Below the pieces are notes generated by a model. That model was not told the origin of the DNA, ran no database searches, and saw only the letters and a program-made list of their open reading frames with translations. Below, one piece after another: positions 24,205 through 36,575 of a DNA stretch of 64,000 nt. The position numbers and the translations under genes are program-made. Source of the stretch: Mobula hypostoma (lineage: Eukaryota); contig NC_086110.1 in the NCBI RefSeq assembly GCF_963921235.1, positions 9,238,001 through 9,302,000 on the forward strand, in the 5' to 3' direction. Within the stretch, counting starts at the first letter, position 1. Every line of letters starts with the position of its first letter.

Positions 24205-25550
24205 AGAAACAGAAATATAGAAAACCTACAGCAAAAGACAGGCCCTTCAGTCCACAAAGCTGTGCCGAACATGTCCTTACCTTAGAAATTACCTTGGATT
24301 ACCATAGCCCTCTATTTTTCTGAGTTCCATGTACCTGTCCAGGAGTCTCTGAAAAGACCCTATCGTATCCGCCTCCACCATCATTGCCTGCAGCCCATTC
24401 CATGCACTCACCACTCTCTGCGTAAAAAAACTTACCCCTAACATCTCCTCTGTACCTACTTCCAAGCACCTTAAAACTGTGCCCTCTCGTGCTAACCATT
24501 TCAGCCCTGGGATAAAGCCTTTGACTATCCACACGATCAATGCCTCTCATCATCTTATACTCCTCTATCAGCTCACCTCTCATCCTCTGTTGCTTCAAGG
24601 AGGAAAGGCCGAGTTCACTCAACCTATTCTCATAAGGCATGCTCCCCAATCCAGGTAACATCCTTGTAAATATCCTTTGCACCCTTTCTATGGTTTCCAC
24701 TTCCTTCCTGTAGTGAGACGACCAGAACTGAGCACAGTACTCCAAGTGGTGTCTGACCAGGGTCCTACATAGCTGCAGCATTACCTCTTGCTCCTAAATT
24801 CAATTCCACAATTGATGAAGGCCAATGCACCATATGCCTTCTTAACCCAAGAGTTAAACTGCGCAGCTGCTTTGAGCGTCCTATGAACTCAGACACCAAG
24901 ATCCCTCCGATCCTCCATACTGCCAAGAGTCTGACCAATACAATATTTTGCCGTCATATTTGACCTACCAAAATGAACCACCTCACATTTATCTGGATTG
25001 ACCTCCATCTGCCACTTCTCATCCCAGTTTTGCATCCTATCAATGTCCCGTTGTAACCTCTGACAGCCTTTCACACTATCCATAACACCCCCAATCTTTG
25101 TGTCATCAGCAAATTTACTAACTCATCCTCCACTTCCTCATCTAGATCATTTATAAAAATCACGAAAAGTAGGGGTCCTAGAACAGATCCCTGAGGCACA
25201 ATACTGGTCACCGACCTCCATGCAGAATATGACCCGTCTACAACCACTCTTTGCCTTCTGTGGGCAAGCCACTTCTGGATCCACAAAGCAAGGTCTCCTT
25301 GGATTCCATGCCTCCTTACTTTCTCAATAAGTCTTTCATGGGATACCTTGTCAACTGCCTTGCTGAAATCCATATACACTACATCTACTGCTCTACTTTC
25401 ATATTATGCCTCTTCAAATGTTCATAAATCCTGCCTCTCACAATCTTCTCCATCAACGTACCAACCATTGAAGTAAGACTTACTGGTCTATAATAGTCTA
25501 CTTTCATACCCTTTATCGATATGTTCCCCTCCTTCTGATTCTGATTATAA
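24205..25550 (-). mobile_element. CR1-like LINE (RT through 3' tail)
   Basis: [41 protein letters not shown] motifs; tail ttctatatttctgtttct. Confidence 0.9.
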
Positions 25551-25730
25551 TGATTAGACGAGAGCCGTGGATATTTCCTCACTATATTATCCAAGAATCC
25601 TATTCAGGGGCAATGAACAGGAGCTAATTATTCAGTACTTGTGGCTACGCGTGCTTCTATTGTCCTTCAGCTATCAGAGAGTACGTCTTGAAGTCAGTGG
25701 AATGGAACTAAGACTAATGATTCTGCACAT

Positions 25731-26394
25731 TGTTATAACCAGCAACAATAGAGATGAATTTGAGTCGAGTTTTTATAAAATAAACAACATTTATTAACTT
25801 CTACTCAAAAACATGGAACAGTAAACAAACGATTAACTTAAAATGGATAGTAGCAGCGTTATGCGTCTATTGTGATCAAACAGTCAAACTTAAAGACAAT
25901 TCTTAACAGATCTTATTAAAGCACTTAAGTCTTAAGGTGGTAATTTAATAAGTCCAAACAATTCCTGAAAATAGTCGAAAGGAGAGACTTCCCAAACCAG
26001 CTTTCGAACAGTCCGTGAAGTAAAGACGTCATTGCTGACGCAGCTCCTGAGCCGAAATGCCTTCTCCAAAGTTATGACGCAGAATACAATTTCTCAATGT
26101 AACTGACCTTTCAATAAAGTGATCATCGCACAACCCTTACCGTGCGTTCCACGTACGAACGATTCCAAATGCACCGAATGCTGCTGGTTAACACCAAATA
26201 CTTTTAGGGTTCGTTCGGAGTTGGGGATTCTTCACTCTCACTCTTTCTTCTTCTCCGATGACGTAACTACCAACGCTAGTTACCAAAACGTACTATGCAA
26301 CAACTGCGGTTTCCCCTTTTATACTAGTTGAAACATACCATCACGTGACATCACATCACTCCATTTCAATAACATACTCACGGAATATGTAACA
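25731..26394 (-). mobile_element. Solo LTR with 4-bp TSD (ACAT)
   Basis: TGTTA...TAACA termini; ACAT at 25727-25730 and 26395-26398; AATAAA near the minus-strand 3' end; 664 bp. Confidence 0.85.
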
Positions 26395-27077
26395 ACATGC
26401 ACTATTCTACAGCTTGTTCACCTTGAACCCAATTTCAATTTTTACTCATTCTTTATATTGCTGTAGAGACACTGTTAGGTCAGGAAAATCTATTAATGTC
26501 TGCAATGGAACTTCAAGGCGATACTAGCTACAATGCCCCTATACAATATCTATATATAGTGTATACTTTTTCTCTACATATGTGCCGTATAAGAAAGGAG
26601 CATGCATAAGAGAGAAAAAACTTGCAGAATTCTGTATAAGTATATTATACTGTTGGTGTCTATCCCAAATCTTCTCTGGGCTAAATTTGGTGATCTGCTC
26701 TGTAGGTGAAATCGTTTGCTGACACCGTTCCTAACTCTCACTCGGTTCCTTGTGTAAATCTTTAATATTGGCGAGGGATAGCTGGCCTGCTAATCACGTC
26801 GAAAGTCATTCTGGTGTTCTAGCGTTCCTTTGACAAACAGCCGGAATCTACGTTTTGCAAGACTATGAGAACACTTCCTGCATTTTCGCAGAAAATTTTA
26901 TTATTCTTAACTTGGGTACTTTACTTACTGATTTTGCTTTAAGGGGAATAGCATCCGACAGTTTAATTTGTTCACTTGTCTAATGTGCATTGTCTCCTTT
27001 GTTCTCTGCTGTATCTTTCTTCAAAAGCGTAATATATTTCAGCAGAGCCCCGAAAGGGAAAACTTCGCTTAACTCAC

Positions 27078-27317
27078 TTTTCCGTATAAAGAAATAGTTG
27101 AATGTGATGTTTAAGATCACTCAACTTTAAGAATTAGTGAACATCAACAGTTCTGTTTTTATCGCTGTCCTATTTATTTCATAACTTCATCGGCCTCATT
27201 ATCACCTTTTCGTTGTGCTTTCGGTACCTCCTTCAGCCAAGTAGACTCCATAACAAGTCAATTTATTCCCCCTTTTACGAGAGGCAAATTCTGATGAACT
27301 ATTGATTATTGTGGGGG
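27078..27317 (-). pseudogene. Decayed Ig-like exon candidate (gene 3)
   Basis: Acceptor ctctttAG, donor GTGAGT, 240 nt phase 1/1; starts (A)PTIINSSSEFASRKRGNKLTC, TWLKE in a shifted frame; multiple stops. Confidence 0.35.
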
Positions 27318-28227
27318 CTAAAGAGTACAGATATTTCTAAAATTATGATACTTTCCTTCATTACTGAATCCTAGAAATTAACTAGGCTCTGCTCCGATAA
27401 GTGAGTCTGTTACTTCTGAGGATAGTTGTTATAGATAACGCCCGGGCAGAGATTAACAAGGGAAACTTGTAATTTCCACATAGGCAGCTTCAAAGGTCAA
27501 GATTGGCCCAGGGTCAGTGAAGCGACGAGACGGAGGTTCTACTAGCCAGGTTGCTGTGTCGCTCAATTCTGTTGAAGGATTTCATGCCTCAAATATTTTC
27601 TCATCCTCTTCATGCAGATGCTGCCTAATGAGTGTTTCCAGAATATGCTACTTTACTTCAGATTTCCTGAATCTGTGTTTTATTATTTTTTTTTCTTTCG
27701 CGCAATAGAGGAGGTTTACTTACCTGCGGAGTTCTCGACACTGATTAGCCGGAATTTGCCAAAATCTGAATAACTGAGGCTGAATAATCAATCAAGATAC
27801 CCAGATAAAGAATGAAAATTTGCATCGAGCAAGCACTCTGTTGACTTACTGTACACGATTGTTTTTTATTTATATTCGATTTTTTATGTTTGGACTCCGG
27901 ACAAGAAAGAATGTGACGAATGGCATTTATTCGAATGTCTTTGTATAGTCTTTAAAATATCAGTTGCATGAAGTAGTTCAATATGACTAAATTTTATTTA
28001 AACTGGCATTACAACGTCACTCTTCTCTTTTTCTCTTATAATTTTGTGTATACTTTTCAAATCCTATTTTTATACAAGTCAGAGCAGGTTGAAGCAAGAG
28101 GCTATTCATTAACATTTTTTGAAATGAAGGGATCTCCCCACTAACTTATGTGAAGATAGAGGAGCGAAGTACCAACCAGGAGTGTCTATGAATTTAGTAC
28201 ATTCACATGGGTGAATGTGCTCAAACC

Positions 28228-28500
28228 ATGGTAGCGCAACAGTTAGAGCGATGTCATTACAGCTTGGGGCGTTCCGCAGTTCGGAGTTCAGTCGCCTTTT
28301 GTTAGGAGACTGTACATCCTGCCCATGGAATACGTCGGTTTTCCCTGAGTGTAGAGACGTATCGATTAGGTTAATGGTTCATTGTAAATTGCCCGTGATT
28401 AGGTTAGGGTGCATTGGGTTTGTCGGGAATGTAAGTGCGGTGAGACTTCAAGGGCAGTATGGGCCTTCTCCGCGATCTATCAATAAATAAAAAAAAATAA
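28228..28500 (+). mobile_element. HE1-like tRNA-derived SINE
   Basis: tRNA-like head (ggtagcgcaacagttagagcg...gttcggagttc), ggttaatggttcattgtaaattgccc body, A-rich tail. Confidence 0.7.
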
Positions 28501-28544
28501 CTAAATTGCACGTATTTTTAGATTTTAATAATTATGTTAACAAT

Positions 28545-31500
28545 ATAGAAACATAGAAACCTACAGCACAATACAGGCCCTTTGGCACACAAAGAAGTGC
28601 CGAACATGTCCTTCCCTTAGAACTTACCTAGGGTTACGCCTAGTCCTCTATTTTTCTAAGCTCCATGTACCTATCCAAGAGTCTCTTATTAGATGCTATC
28701 GTATCCGTCTCCACTACCGTCGCTGGCAGCCCATTCCACGTACTCACCACTCGCTGCGTAAAAAACGTACCACTGACATCTCCTCTGTACCTACTTCCAA
28801 GCACCTTAAAATTGTGCTCTCTCGTGCTAGCCATTTTAGCCCTGGGATAAAGCCTCTAACTATCCACACAATCAATGCCTCTCATCAACTAATAAACCTC
28901 TGTCAGGTCACTTCTCATTCTCCATCGCTCGGAGGCGAAGAGGCTGAGTTCACACAAACTATTCTCATAAGGCATGCTCCCCAATCCAGGCAACAGCCTT
29001 GTGAATCTCCTCTGCACCATTTCTATGGCTTCCACGTCCTTCTTGTAGCGAGGCGACCAGAACTGAGCACAGTACTCCAGTGAATTACATCCGCAACTGT
29101 CTAATCCTCTGGAACCTCTCTCGTCCCCACTGATGATGCAAAGATCATCGCCAGAGGCTCAACATTCTCCTCCCTAGCCTCCCACAGTAGCCTGGGGTAC
29201 ATCTCGTCCAGTGCCGGTGACTTATCCAACATGATGCTTTCCAAAACTCCAGCACATCCACTTTGTTAATATCTACATGCTCAAGCTTTTCTGCCCTTTT
29301 CTGTAGTAAGTACTGAAGGAAAGTATTCATTGAATTCTTCTGCTATCTCCTACGGTTCCATACACACTTTTCCACTGTCACACTTGATTGACCCTATACT
29401 CTCAGGTTTTCTGCTCTTGCTCTTCACATACCTGTAGAATGCCTTGGGGTTTTCCTTAATCCTGTCTGCCAAGGCCATCTCATGGCCCCTTCATCGCTCT
29501 CCTAATTTCTCTTTTGAGCTCCTTCCTGCTAGCCTTATAATCTTCTAGTTCTCTATCATTACCTAGTTCTTTGAACCTTTCATAAGCTCTCCTTTTCTTC
29601 TTGACTAGATTTACAACATTCTTTGTACAGTACGGTTCCTGTACCCTACCATTTTTTCCCTGTCTCATTGAACTGTACCTATGCAGAACCCCACACAAAT
29701 ATCCCCAGAACATTTGCCTCATTTCCTCCATACATTTCCCTTAGAACATCTAATTTATGCTTCCAGGTTCCTACCTGATAGCCTCATATTTCCCCTTACT
29801 CCAATTAAGCACTTTCTAACTTGTCTGTTCCTATCCCTCTCCAATGCTATGGTAAAGGAGTCACTATCTCCAATGCTATGGTAAAGGAGTCACTATCTCC
29901 AATGCTATGGTAAAAGATCACTATCTCCAAAATGCTCTCCCACTGAGATAACTGACACCTGACTAGGTTCATCTCCCAATACCAGATCAAGTACAGCCTC
30001 TCCTCTTGTAGGCTTATCTACATACTGTGTCAAAAAACCTTCCCCAACACACCAAACACACTCCATCCTATCTACACCGCTCACTCTAGGCAGGAAGATA
30101 CCAATTGATATTTCAGAAATTAAAATCTCCCACCACAACAACCATCTTATCATTACATCTTTCCAGAAAATGTCTCCCTATCTGTTCCTCGATGTTCCTT
30201 TTACTATTGGGTGGTCTATAAAAAACACCCAATAGAGCTATTGATCCCTTCCTTTTCCTAACTTCCACCCACAGAGACTCAGTGGACCATCGCTCCATGA
30301 CTTCCTCCTTTTCTGCAGCGTGACATTGTCTCTGATCAGCAGTACCACGCCCCCACCTCTTTTGCCTCCTTCCCTGTCCTTTCTGAATCATCTAATGCCT
30401 GGCACTCTAAGTAGCCATTCCTGCCCCTGAGCCATCCAAGTCTCTGTAATGGCCACAACACCATAGTTCCAAGTACTAATCAATGCTCTAAACTCATCGG
30501 CTTTGTTCATAATATTCCTTGCATTAAAATAGACACATCTCAAACCATCAGTCTAAACGTGTTCCTTCTCTATCACCTGCCTATCCTCGCTCTCGCACTG
30601 TCTCCAAGCTTTCTCTATTTGTGAGCCAACCGCCTCTTCAGTGTGTTTCCCACTCCCCAGCGATTGTAGTTTAAATTTCCCCCAATAGCCTTTGTAAACC
30701 TCCCCACCAGGGTATCGGTCCCTCTGGGATTCAAGTGCAACTCCTCCTTTTTGTACAGGTTGTGCCTGCCCCAAAAGAGGCCCCAATGTTCCAGAAATCT
30801 GAATCCCTGCCCCCACCTCCACGCATTTATCCTCCACCTCCTTCTATTCCTATACTCACTGTCACGTGGCACAGGCAGTATTCCTGAGACTACTATCTTT
30901 GTGGTCCTGCTTCTCAACTTCTTTCCTAATTCCCTGTAGTCTGTTTTCAGGACCTCTTCCCTTTTCCTACCTATATCGTTGGTACCAATATGTACCACAA
31001 CCTTTGGCTGTTCTTCTTCCCACTTCAGGATATCATGGACGCGATAAGCAACATCCCGGATCTTGGCACCTGGGAGGCAAACTGCCATCCGTATTTCTTT
31101 CCTGTGTTCACAGAATCGCCTGTCTGACTCCCTGTCACTGCTGCCGTCCTCCTCCTTTCCCTACGGTTCTGCGTCACAGTGCCAGACTCTGTGCCGGAGT
31201 CTTCCTGCAGGTAGGCCGTCCCCCCAAACAGTACTCAAGCAGGTGTACATTTTGTTAAGGGGGAGAGCCACAGGGGTACTCTCTAGCCTCTGACTCCTGC
31301 CCTTCCCTCTCCTGACTGTTACCCACTTACCTGTCTCCCGAGGCCCTAGTGTGACCACCTGCCTATAGCTCCTATCTATCACCTCCTCACTCTCCCTGAC
31401 CAGACGAAGGTCATCGAGCTGCATCTCCAGTTCCTTAACGTGGTCCCTAAGCAGCTGCAGCTCGACACACCTGGCGCAGGTTGTGGCCGTCCGAGAGGCT

Positions 31501-31690
31501 GGGAGTCACCGGGATTTCCCACATCTGACACCGACCACAGAGCACCTGCCTCCTGTCTGTATTCTACACAGGTAACCTACTTTGCCTCGACCCGTTATCG
31601 CCGACGCCCTGTTGAACCAAATCCTTGTACTCCGTCACCTGCTCCTTTGACGCCCGCTCTTTAAAGCTGTTTCCTTTTAAACTCTTCTCA
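28545..31690 (-). mobile_element. Long CR1-like LINE with ORF1 (SGNH esterase-like) and endonuclease, internally deleted
   Basis: ORF 30615-31088 CLPGAKIRDV...VVVHIGTNDIG...IVVSGILPVPR (CR1 ORF1 esterase); EN motifs GVFYRPPNS, VVVGDFNF; 3' tail at 28545. Confidence 0.9.
29839..29925. repeat. 29-bp tandem triplication inside CR1
   Basis: ctccaatgctatggtaaaggagtcactat x2 plus a diverged third copy. Confidence 0.9.
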
Positions 31691-32229
31691 GTGTTCTAAC
31701 TGGCTGATGTCCACAGTCGTGCAGTCATGCCTTGATCAAACCGCCGAAGAAATAACCGTCTACTGCTCTGCCTTCATCAATATGATGAAATCTTTGAGTT
31801 GGGACTTGGAGGGATTTGGTTCCGTGCCTACACTATCGTAAACAAGAACGTTCGGATCTCAAGATCCGTTCCAAGCATTCCTGTCCGTTTAGGATATACT
31901 GCTGCAAGTTTGGAAGACTTCTGTTCTCTAATGACAGTGAATGTCTCATTGTCACCCCGCATCCTTCTGTTCCATTCTGGGAACTAGGACTGAGAGATTT
32001 CCTAGTAAAGATTTCAGTGACAGTTTGAGGACTGTTTGCTCTATTCACCTTGTATTCACTTGCTCTGAAAGTGCTCGGATGAGTGCTTCATTCCAAAGTT
32101 TGGGATCGGAGATACTAACAATTCGGCCTATTCATTGGAACCAACTGAGTGTAATGGGGCTTCGATGCCATGAATGGTGGCATAGCAGAGAGAAAATAAA
32201 AACAACCCAAGCAGTTATTCTAATCTTAC

Positions 32230-32568
32230 CTGTTGACTTGGAGGATTTCACTGGAACACCACTGGTGGTATCTGTCTGGGAATACTGGCAATCCAAACCT
32301 AAGAAGAGACCAGGAGAATCGGAATACTGCTCCCCAATAGGCCATACATTGTTGCATTTGAGGTTCTCATTTTCAAAATCCCTTTACTCAGAACAATAAT
32401 GCTTATAATGGTCGAAAACCTTGGGATTTTCTGTATTAGTATGCCGTCACAGAAATTCAAAAGTCATTGGAGTGGTTTTCCTCATATCCAGTTTATGATT
32501 TAATATTGGACTTATCACAGGGGAATTCTCAGGACCAGGACTTTGGACATATTGTTCCACACTTTGAT
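32230..32568 (-). pseudogene. Decayed V-like exon candidate (gene 3)
   Basis: Acceptor ttttttttcttgataAG, donor CAG/GTAAGA, 339 nt phase 1/1; DQSVEQY start, FEFL*RH (TGA at the expected Trp), two stops; canonical Cys not recoverable. Confidence 0.35.
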
Positions 32569-33011
32569 CTTATCAAGAAAAAAAAATCTCACCAATTTTT
32601 TGCAGATGCAAAATATTTTCCGCGAGCGCTTGAATGAATGGAACAGACATGGGATCCTTAAGCGGTGATTTTTTAATATAAGATGTTAATTCAGCATTTG
32701 TCTTTCATTCTCTAATGGTAGTCTGATTTAAATTTATTTCAGTGTCAAAAAACGTAATTAGGGTGGAGAAACGCGCAGGATCTGACAAGAAGTCCCCTCG
32801 AATCTTCTGGGAGGCTAGTGCAGAAATTGCAGTCTTTAGCAGAGATACTTAAAGCATCCTTCACCGCGGTGAAATGCCGGAGGATTTGCGGATAGCTAAT
32901 ATCGTTCTTTTGGTTAAGAAAAACTGAAAGGATATAGGGAAAATTATAGGCTAATGAGCTTGACACCAGTACTGGGTAAGTTGACGAAAGCTATTTCAGG
33001 GAACCGGATAT

Positions 33012-33576
33012 ATACACTCTGTGGATTCCTTAAAAGTACCTGCATGTACCTAATAGGATTGCCACTGAGTGTATGTTTGTGCTCTTCTGCTGCTGTATCG
33101 CTTCCTCTTCAAGGTTCAACGTGTTACGCGATTGGAGATGCTTTTCTACACACCGCTGTTGTAACACATGGTTATTTGAAATTACTGACGCCTTCCAATC
33201 AGCTTGGACCCGTCTGGCCATTCTCCTTTGACCTTTCTCATTAACAAAGGTGCTTTCGCCCACAGAACTGCCGCTCCCTGGATATTTTTTGTTTTGATTT
33301 TTGCACCATTTTTTGTGAACTCTAGAGACTGTTGTGCTGAAAATACTAGGAGATCAGCAATTTTTGCGATAGTCAAACCACTCCGCCTCGCACCAGCAAT
33401 CAAGTCACGATCAAAGTCACTCAGATCACATCTCTGCTCCATTCTGATGTTCGGTCTGAACAGCAACTGAAGCTCTTGACTTTATGTATTGAGCTGCTGC
33501 CACATGATTAGCTGATTAGATACTTGTATTAACGAGAACGAATACAGGTGTACATAATAAAGTGGCTACTGGATGT
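33012..33576 (-). mobile_element. Non-autonomous Tc1/mariner element
   Basis: ORF 33182-33466 RCDLSDFDRDLIAGARRSGLTIAKIADLLVFS is a Tc1 HTH N-terminus; degenerate TIRs related to tacactcagtggccactttattaggtacacc at both ends. Confidence 0.8.
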
Positions 33577-33639
33577 AAATACTGTATTTGAATAGACAGG
33601 GACTGATTAAGGGGAGTATTAGGAACATGGCTTTGTGCA

Positions 33640-34690
33640 TGGTCGGTGGCATCTGACCAATCATAGAGTTGTTCTAAGAGGTTACCAGGAAAGTTGATGA
33701 ACAAAAGGCAGTGGATGTTGTCTACATGGAATTCAGCATGCCTTTTGACAAGGTCCTGCATGGGAGGTAGGTCAGAAAGTTTCAGTTGCTCGACATTCAA
33801 GATAGGGTAGTAAATTGGCTTAGACATTGGCTTCATACGAGAAGCCAGAGAGTGATTGCAGATGGTTGCTTATCCAACTAAAGGTAACTGGTGAGGTACC
33901 ACGGGAATCGGTATTGGGCCTGTTATTGTCTGTCTTGTTTATTGTTTGTATTGTTTATTGGATGATAATGTAATAAATTTGTGGATGACATTAAAAGCAG
34001 TGAACAGCAAGGAACGGTATTATCAAAACTTGCAGTAGATGTCGACTGACTGGAAGAATGGGCTGAAAATGGCAGATGGAATTTAATGCATACAGGTGTG
34101 AGATTTACACACTGGGTGGAGAAACCAGGGTAGAACTTTCTTAGTGAATGGTAGGGCACTGAGGAGTGCTATGGAAGAGAGGGGTCTGGGAATACAGATT
34201 TAAAATTCATTGAAAGTGGCATCACAGATACATAAGGTTGCAAAGTGTGTTTCTGGCATATTGACCTTCATAAATCAAAATATTGAGTACAGAAATTCAA
34301 ATGTTTTGATGAAGTGGTAAAGGATGGATGGTGAGACATAATCTGGAGTATTATGTGCAGATAGATAGGGTAAATGCAAGCAGTTCTTTCCTTTAAGATT
34401 GGGTGATATGAGAATGAGAGCTTATGTGTTAAGGGTGTAGGATAAAATGTTTAATGGCAACATAAGGAGGAACTTCTTCACTCAAGTGGTGAGAGTGTGG
34501 AGCGAGCTGCCAGCAGAAATGATGAATGCAGATTCGATTTCAACATTTAAGACAAGTTTGTATAAGTACATGGATGGGAGAGGTATGGAGGGCTTGGTCT
34601 ACTTGCAGGATAATGGAACTGGGCATAATAATAGTTCGGCACGGACTAGATGGGCCAAAGTCTCTTTCTGGGCTGTAGTTCTATATGATG
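33640..34690 (+). mobile_element. CR1-like LINE, decayed RT to 3' tail
   Basis: VDEQKAVDVVYMEFSMPFDKV; IRRNFFTQVVRVWSELP; tail ttctatatga. Confidence 0.8.
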
Positions 34691-34898
34691 CCATGATTCT
34701 AAATTTTGCATATGGTATTATTCTGGTCTCCACTTTTATGATGGCAGACTTTTAAAAAAAATATATCCTAACCAGTGGGAATTTTACCTGTGTTTTTAAC
34801 AAGATTTATTACATTTCCTTAGTTTATGTTTTTGTTTAAATCGAAGTTAGGATCAAGCGCCATTGGATTGCCAGTGACCGCAAAATCCATGCTGGTAT

Positions 34899-34967
34899 CT
34901 ATGGCACCTGTCCTAAGGAAGGCTTGGATAGTGTAGCGTATTCCTTCTGAACATTGGAATCTGAGGG
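34899..34967 (-). CDS. Terminal cytoplasmic exon of gene 4 (YATL in phase 0)
   Basis: Acceptor gtatgttcAG 34969-34968; PSDSNVQKEYATLSKPSLGQVP*; AATAAA on minus at 34810-34805. Confidence 0.55.
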   Translation of the reverse strand, partial: PSDSNVQKEYATLSKPSLGQVP

Positions 34968-35511
34968 CTGAACATACAGATCTTTATACATGTATTAAGA
35001 ACATAAATAACATAAATCATCAGAGTCCTTTTGGCAAAGCATGTGAGTCTAGAACTAGAGAACACAAGTGTAATGTGAGAGTAGCGACACTTAAATTAAA
35101 TCTGAGAGGTTTGTTTCTCAAAGTATGGTGATTACCTGGAACTTGTTGTCAGAGGCAATGGTAGAGGGAGACACATTTGCAGTCTTTGCAATTCATTTGG
35201 GGCCAAGTTCAGTCAAATGGGATTAGTATGGATAAACATCATGTTCAACAACCTTTCTGTGCTGTACAATTCTTTGATACTACAATAACATAAAAGATGC
35301 TGGAAATACTGTACTCTGTAGGTCAGATAATATTGTGCAAAAAGAAACTGAAGGGCTATCATCTTTCATCAGGTCATCTACCTCTATCTCTAAATACGCT
35401 TCAGTCGGCACACATGTTCTCTGACGCGTAGAGGATTTTCAGAATTTCCTATGTTTTTCTTGACTTGCAACATATGCAGCATCTTACTCGCCTCCTCCTC
35501 CTAGTACTTAC

Positions 35512-35542
35512 TGTCATTGCTAAACTGATGTTCCGATATTGG
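35512..35542 (-). CDS. 31-nt cytoplasmic exon of gene 4
   Basis: Acceptor cacttcagatttcAG, donor GTAAGT; phase 2/0 reading xQYRNISLAMT is in frame with the terminal exon. Confidence 0.55.
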
Positions 35543-36209
35543 CTGAAATCTGAAGTGCATGAACTTATCTAAGCATTTGTAAATGCACTAAAACGAGTTG
35601 GTTGAAGAGGAAACTCCCAAGGCCTGAAATTTACTATTTCTTTCTATTATTAGTACATACTCCTTACAGCCTGCTTTCTACTCATAATGTCTAAACGATC
35701 CAGGAGATGAAGGGCTTGATGAGGGGTATTGGCCCGAAACGTTGACTCTTTATTTACCTCTATGGATGCTGCCTGACACGCTGAGATCCTCCAGCATTTC
35801 ATATGTGCTCCCCATCCAGAGGAACAGATTACCTCGAATACTCAATGCACTCATTTGTGTTAATAGATATTTACGTTGAATTTTGTCAACTTTTATTGGA
35901 AGTCTGTATTGAGAGCACGTAAAACTGTAAAATTCATAGGTCCAGGAATATCAATGAGTTCATAGGTCCAGGAATTTGAAATACGCAATGGAACATGAGC
36001 ACATTTTTTCCTGCATTTATTGTCCTGATATGAAGTACTGTATCACAAATTGACTAATCCAACCCATTCTACTGTTATGATATAAATGTGACAAAATGTC
36101 TAAAGGCACTCATGTTTCTCTCAGGTTAAAGTAGCCGCATTCTTTAGTCAATCAAAGACAGCATAAAAGAGCTATCAAATCATAATCTGGATTTTATAAT
36201 GACTCTTAC

Positions 36210-36222
36210 TTGATAGATTGAA
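36210..36222 (-). CDS. 13-nt micro-exon candidate of gene 4
   Basis: cttaatcttgcctAG|TTCAATCTATCAA|GTAAGA; good acceptor and donor. Confidence 0.4.
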
Positions 36223-36575
36223 CTAGGCAAGATTAAGGAAGTTAAAAGTGGTATTTAACCTGTATCAAGATAATTCCTTTTAGTATCTTATTGAATTATG
36301 AGGATCAGGATTTCAAACACATCGCTTAAGTTACATCTTAGCAATTCATTTAAACGCCGAACAGGCTGCAGCCTTTAACACAGAATATTTCCATGACGTC
36401 ATCAGCAGATTTGCGGCGATATTCTCGTCACCTTGTGTCTTTATTGGATCGAACTACAAATGAGTTTGTAGTAAATCATTAGTTTAAAAAAAAGTTGAAA
36501 AAATGCGCATTTGAGCAATAGTAATTTCGAATTATAAACAGAAACCTAAAATATTTGGCACCAGAAGACGCATTC

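Noticed and set aside
29839-29925. 29-bp repeats as a CRISPR-like array
   Set aside because: No spacers; a simple tandem duplication within a eukaryotic LINE.
35930-35976. 17-bp direct repeat ttcataggtccaggaat
   Set aside because: Small local slippage duplication in an intron with no intervening element.
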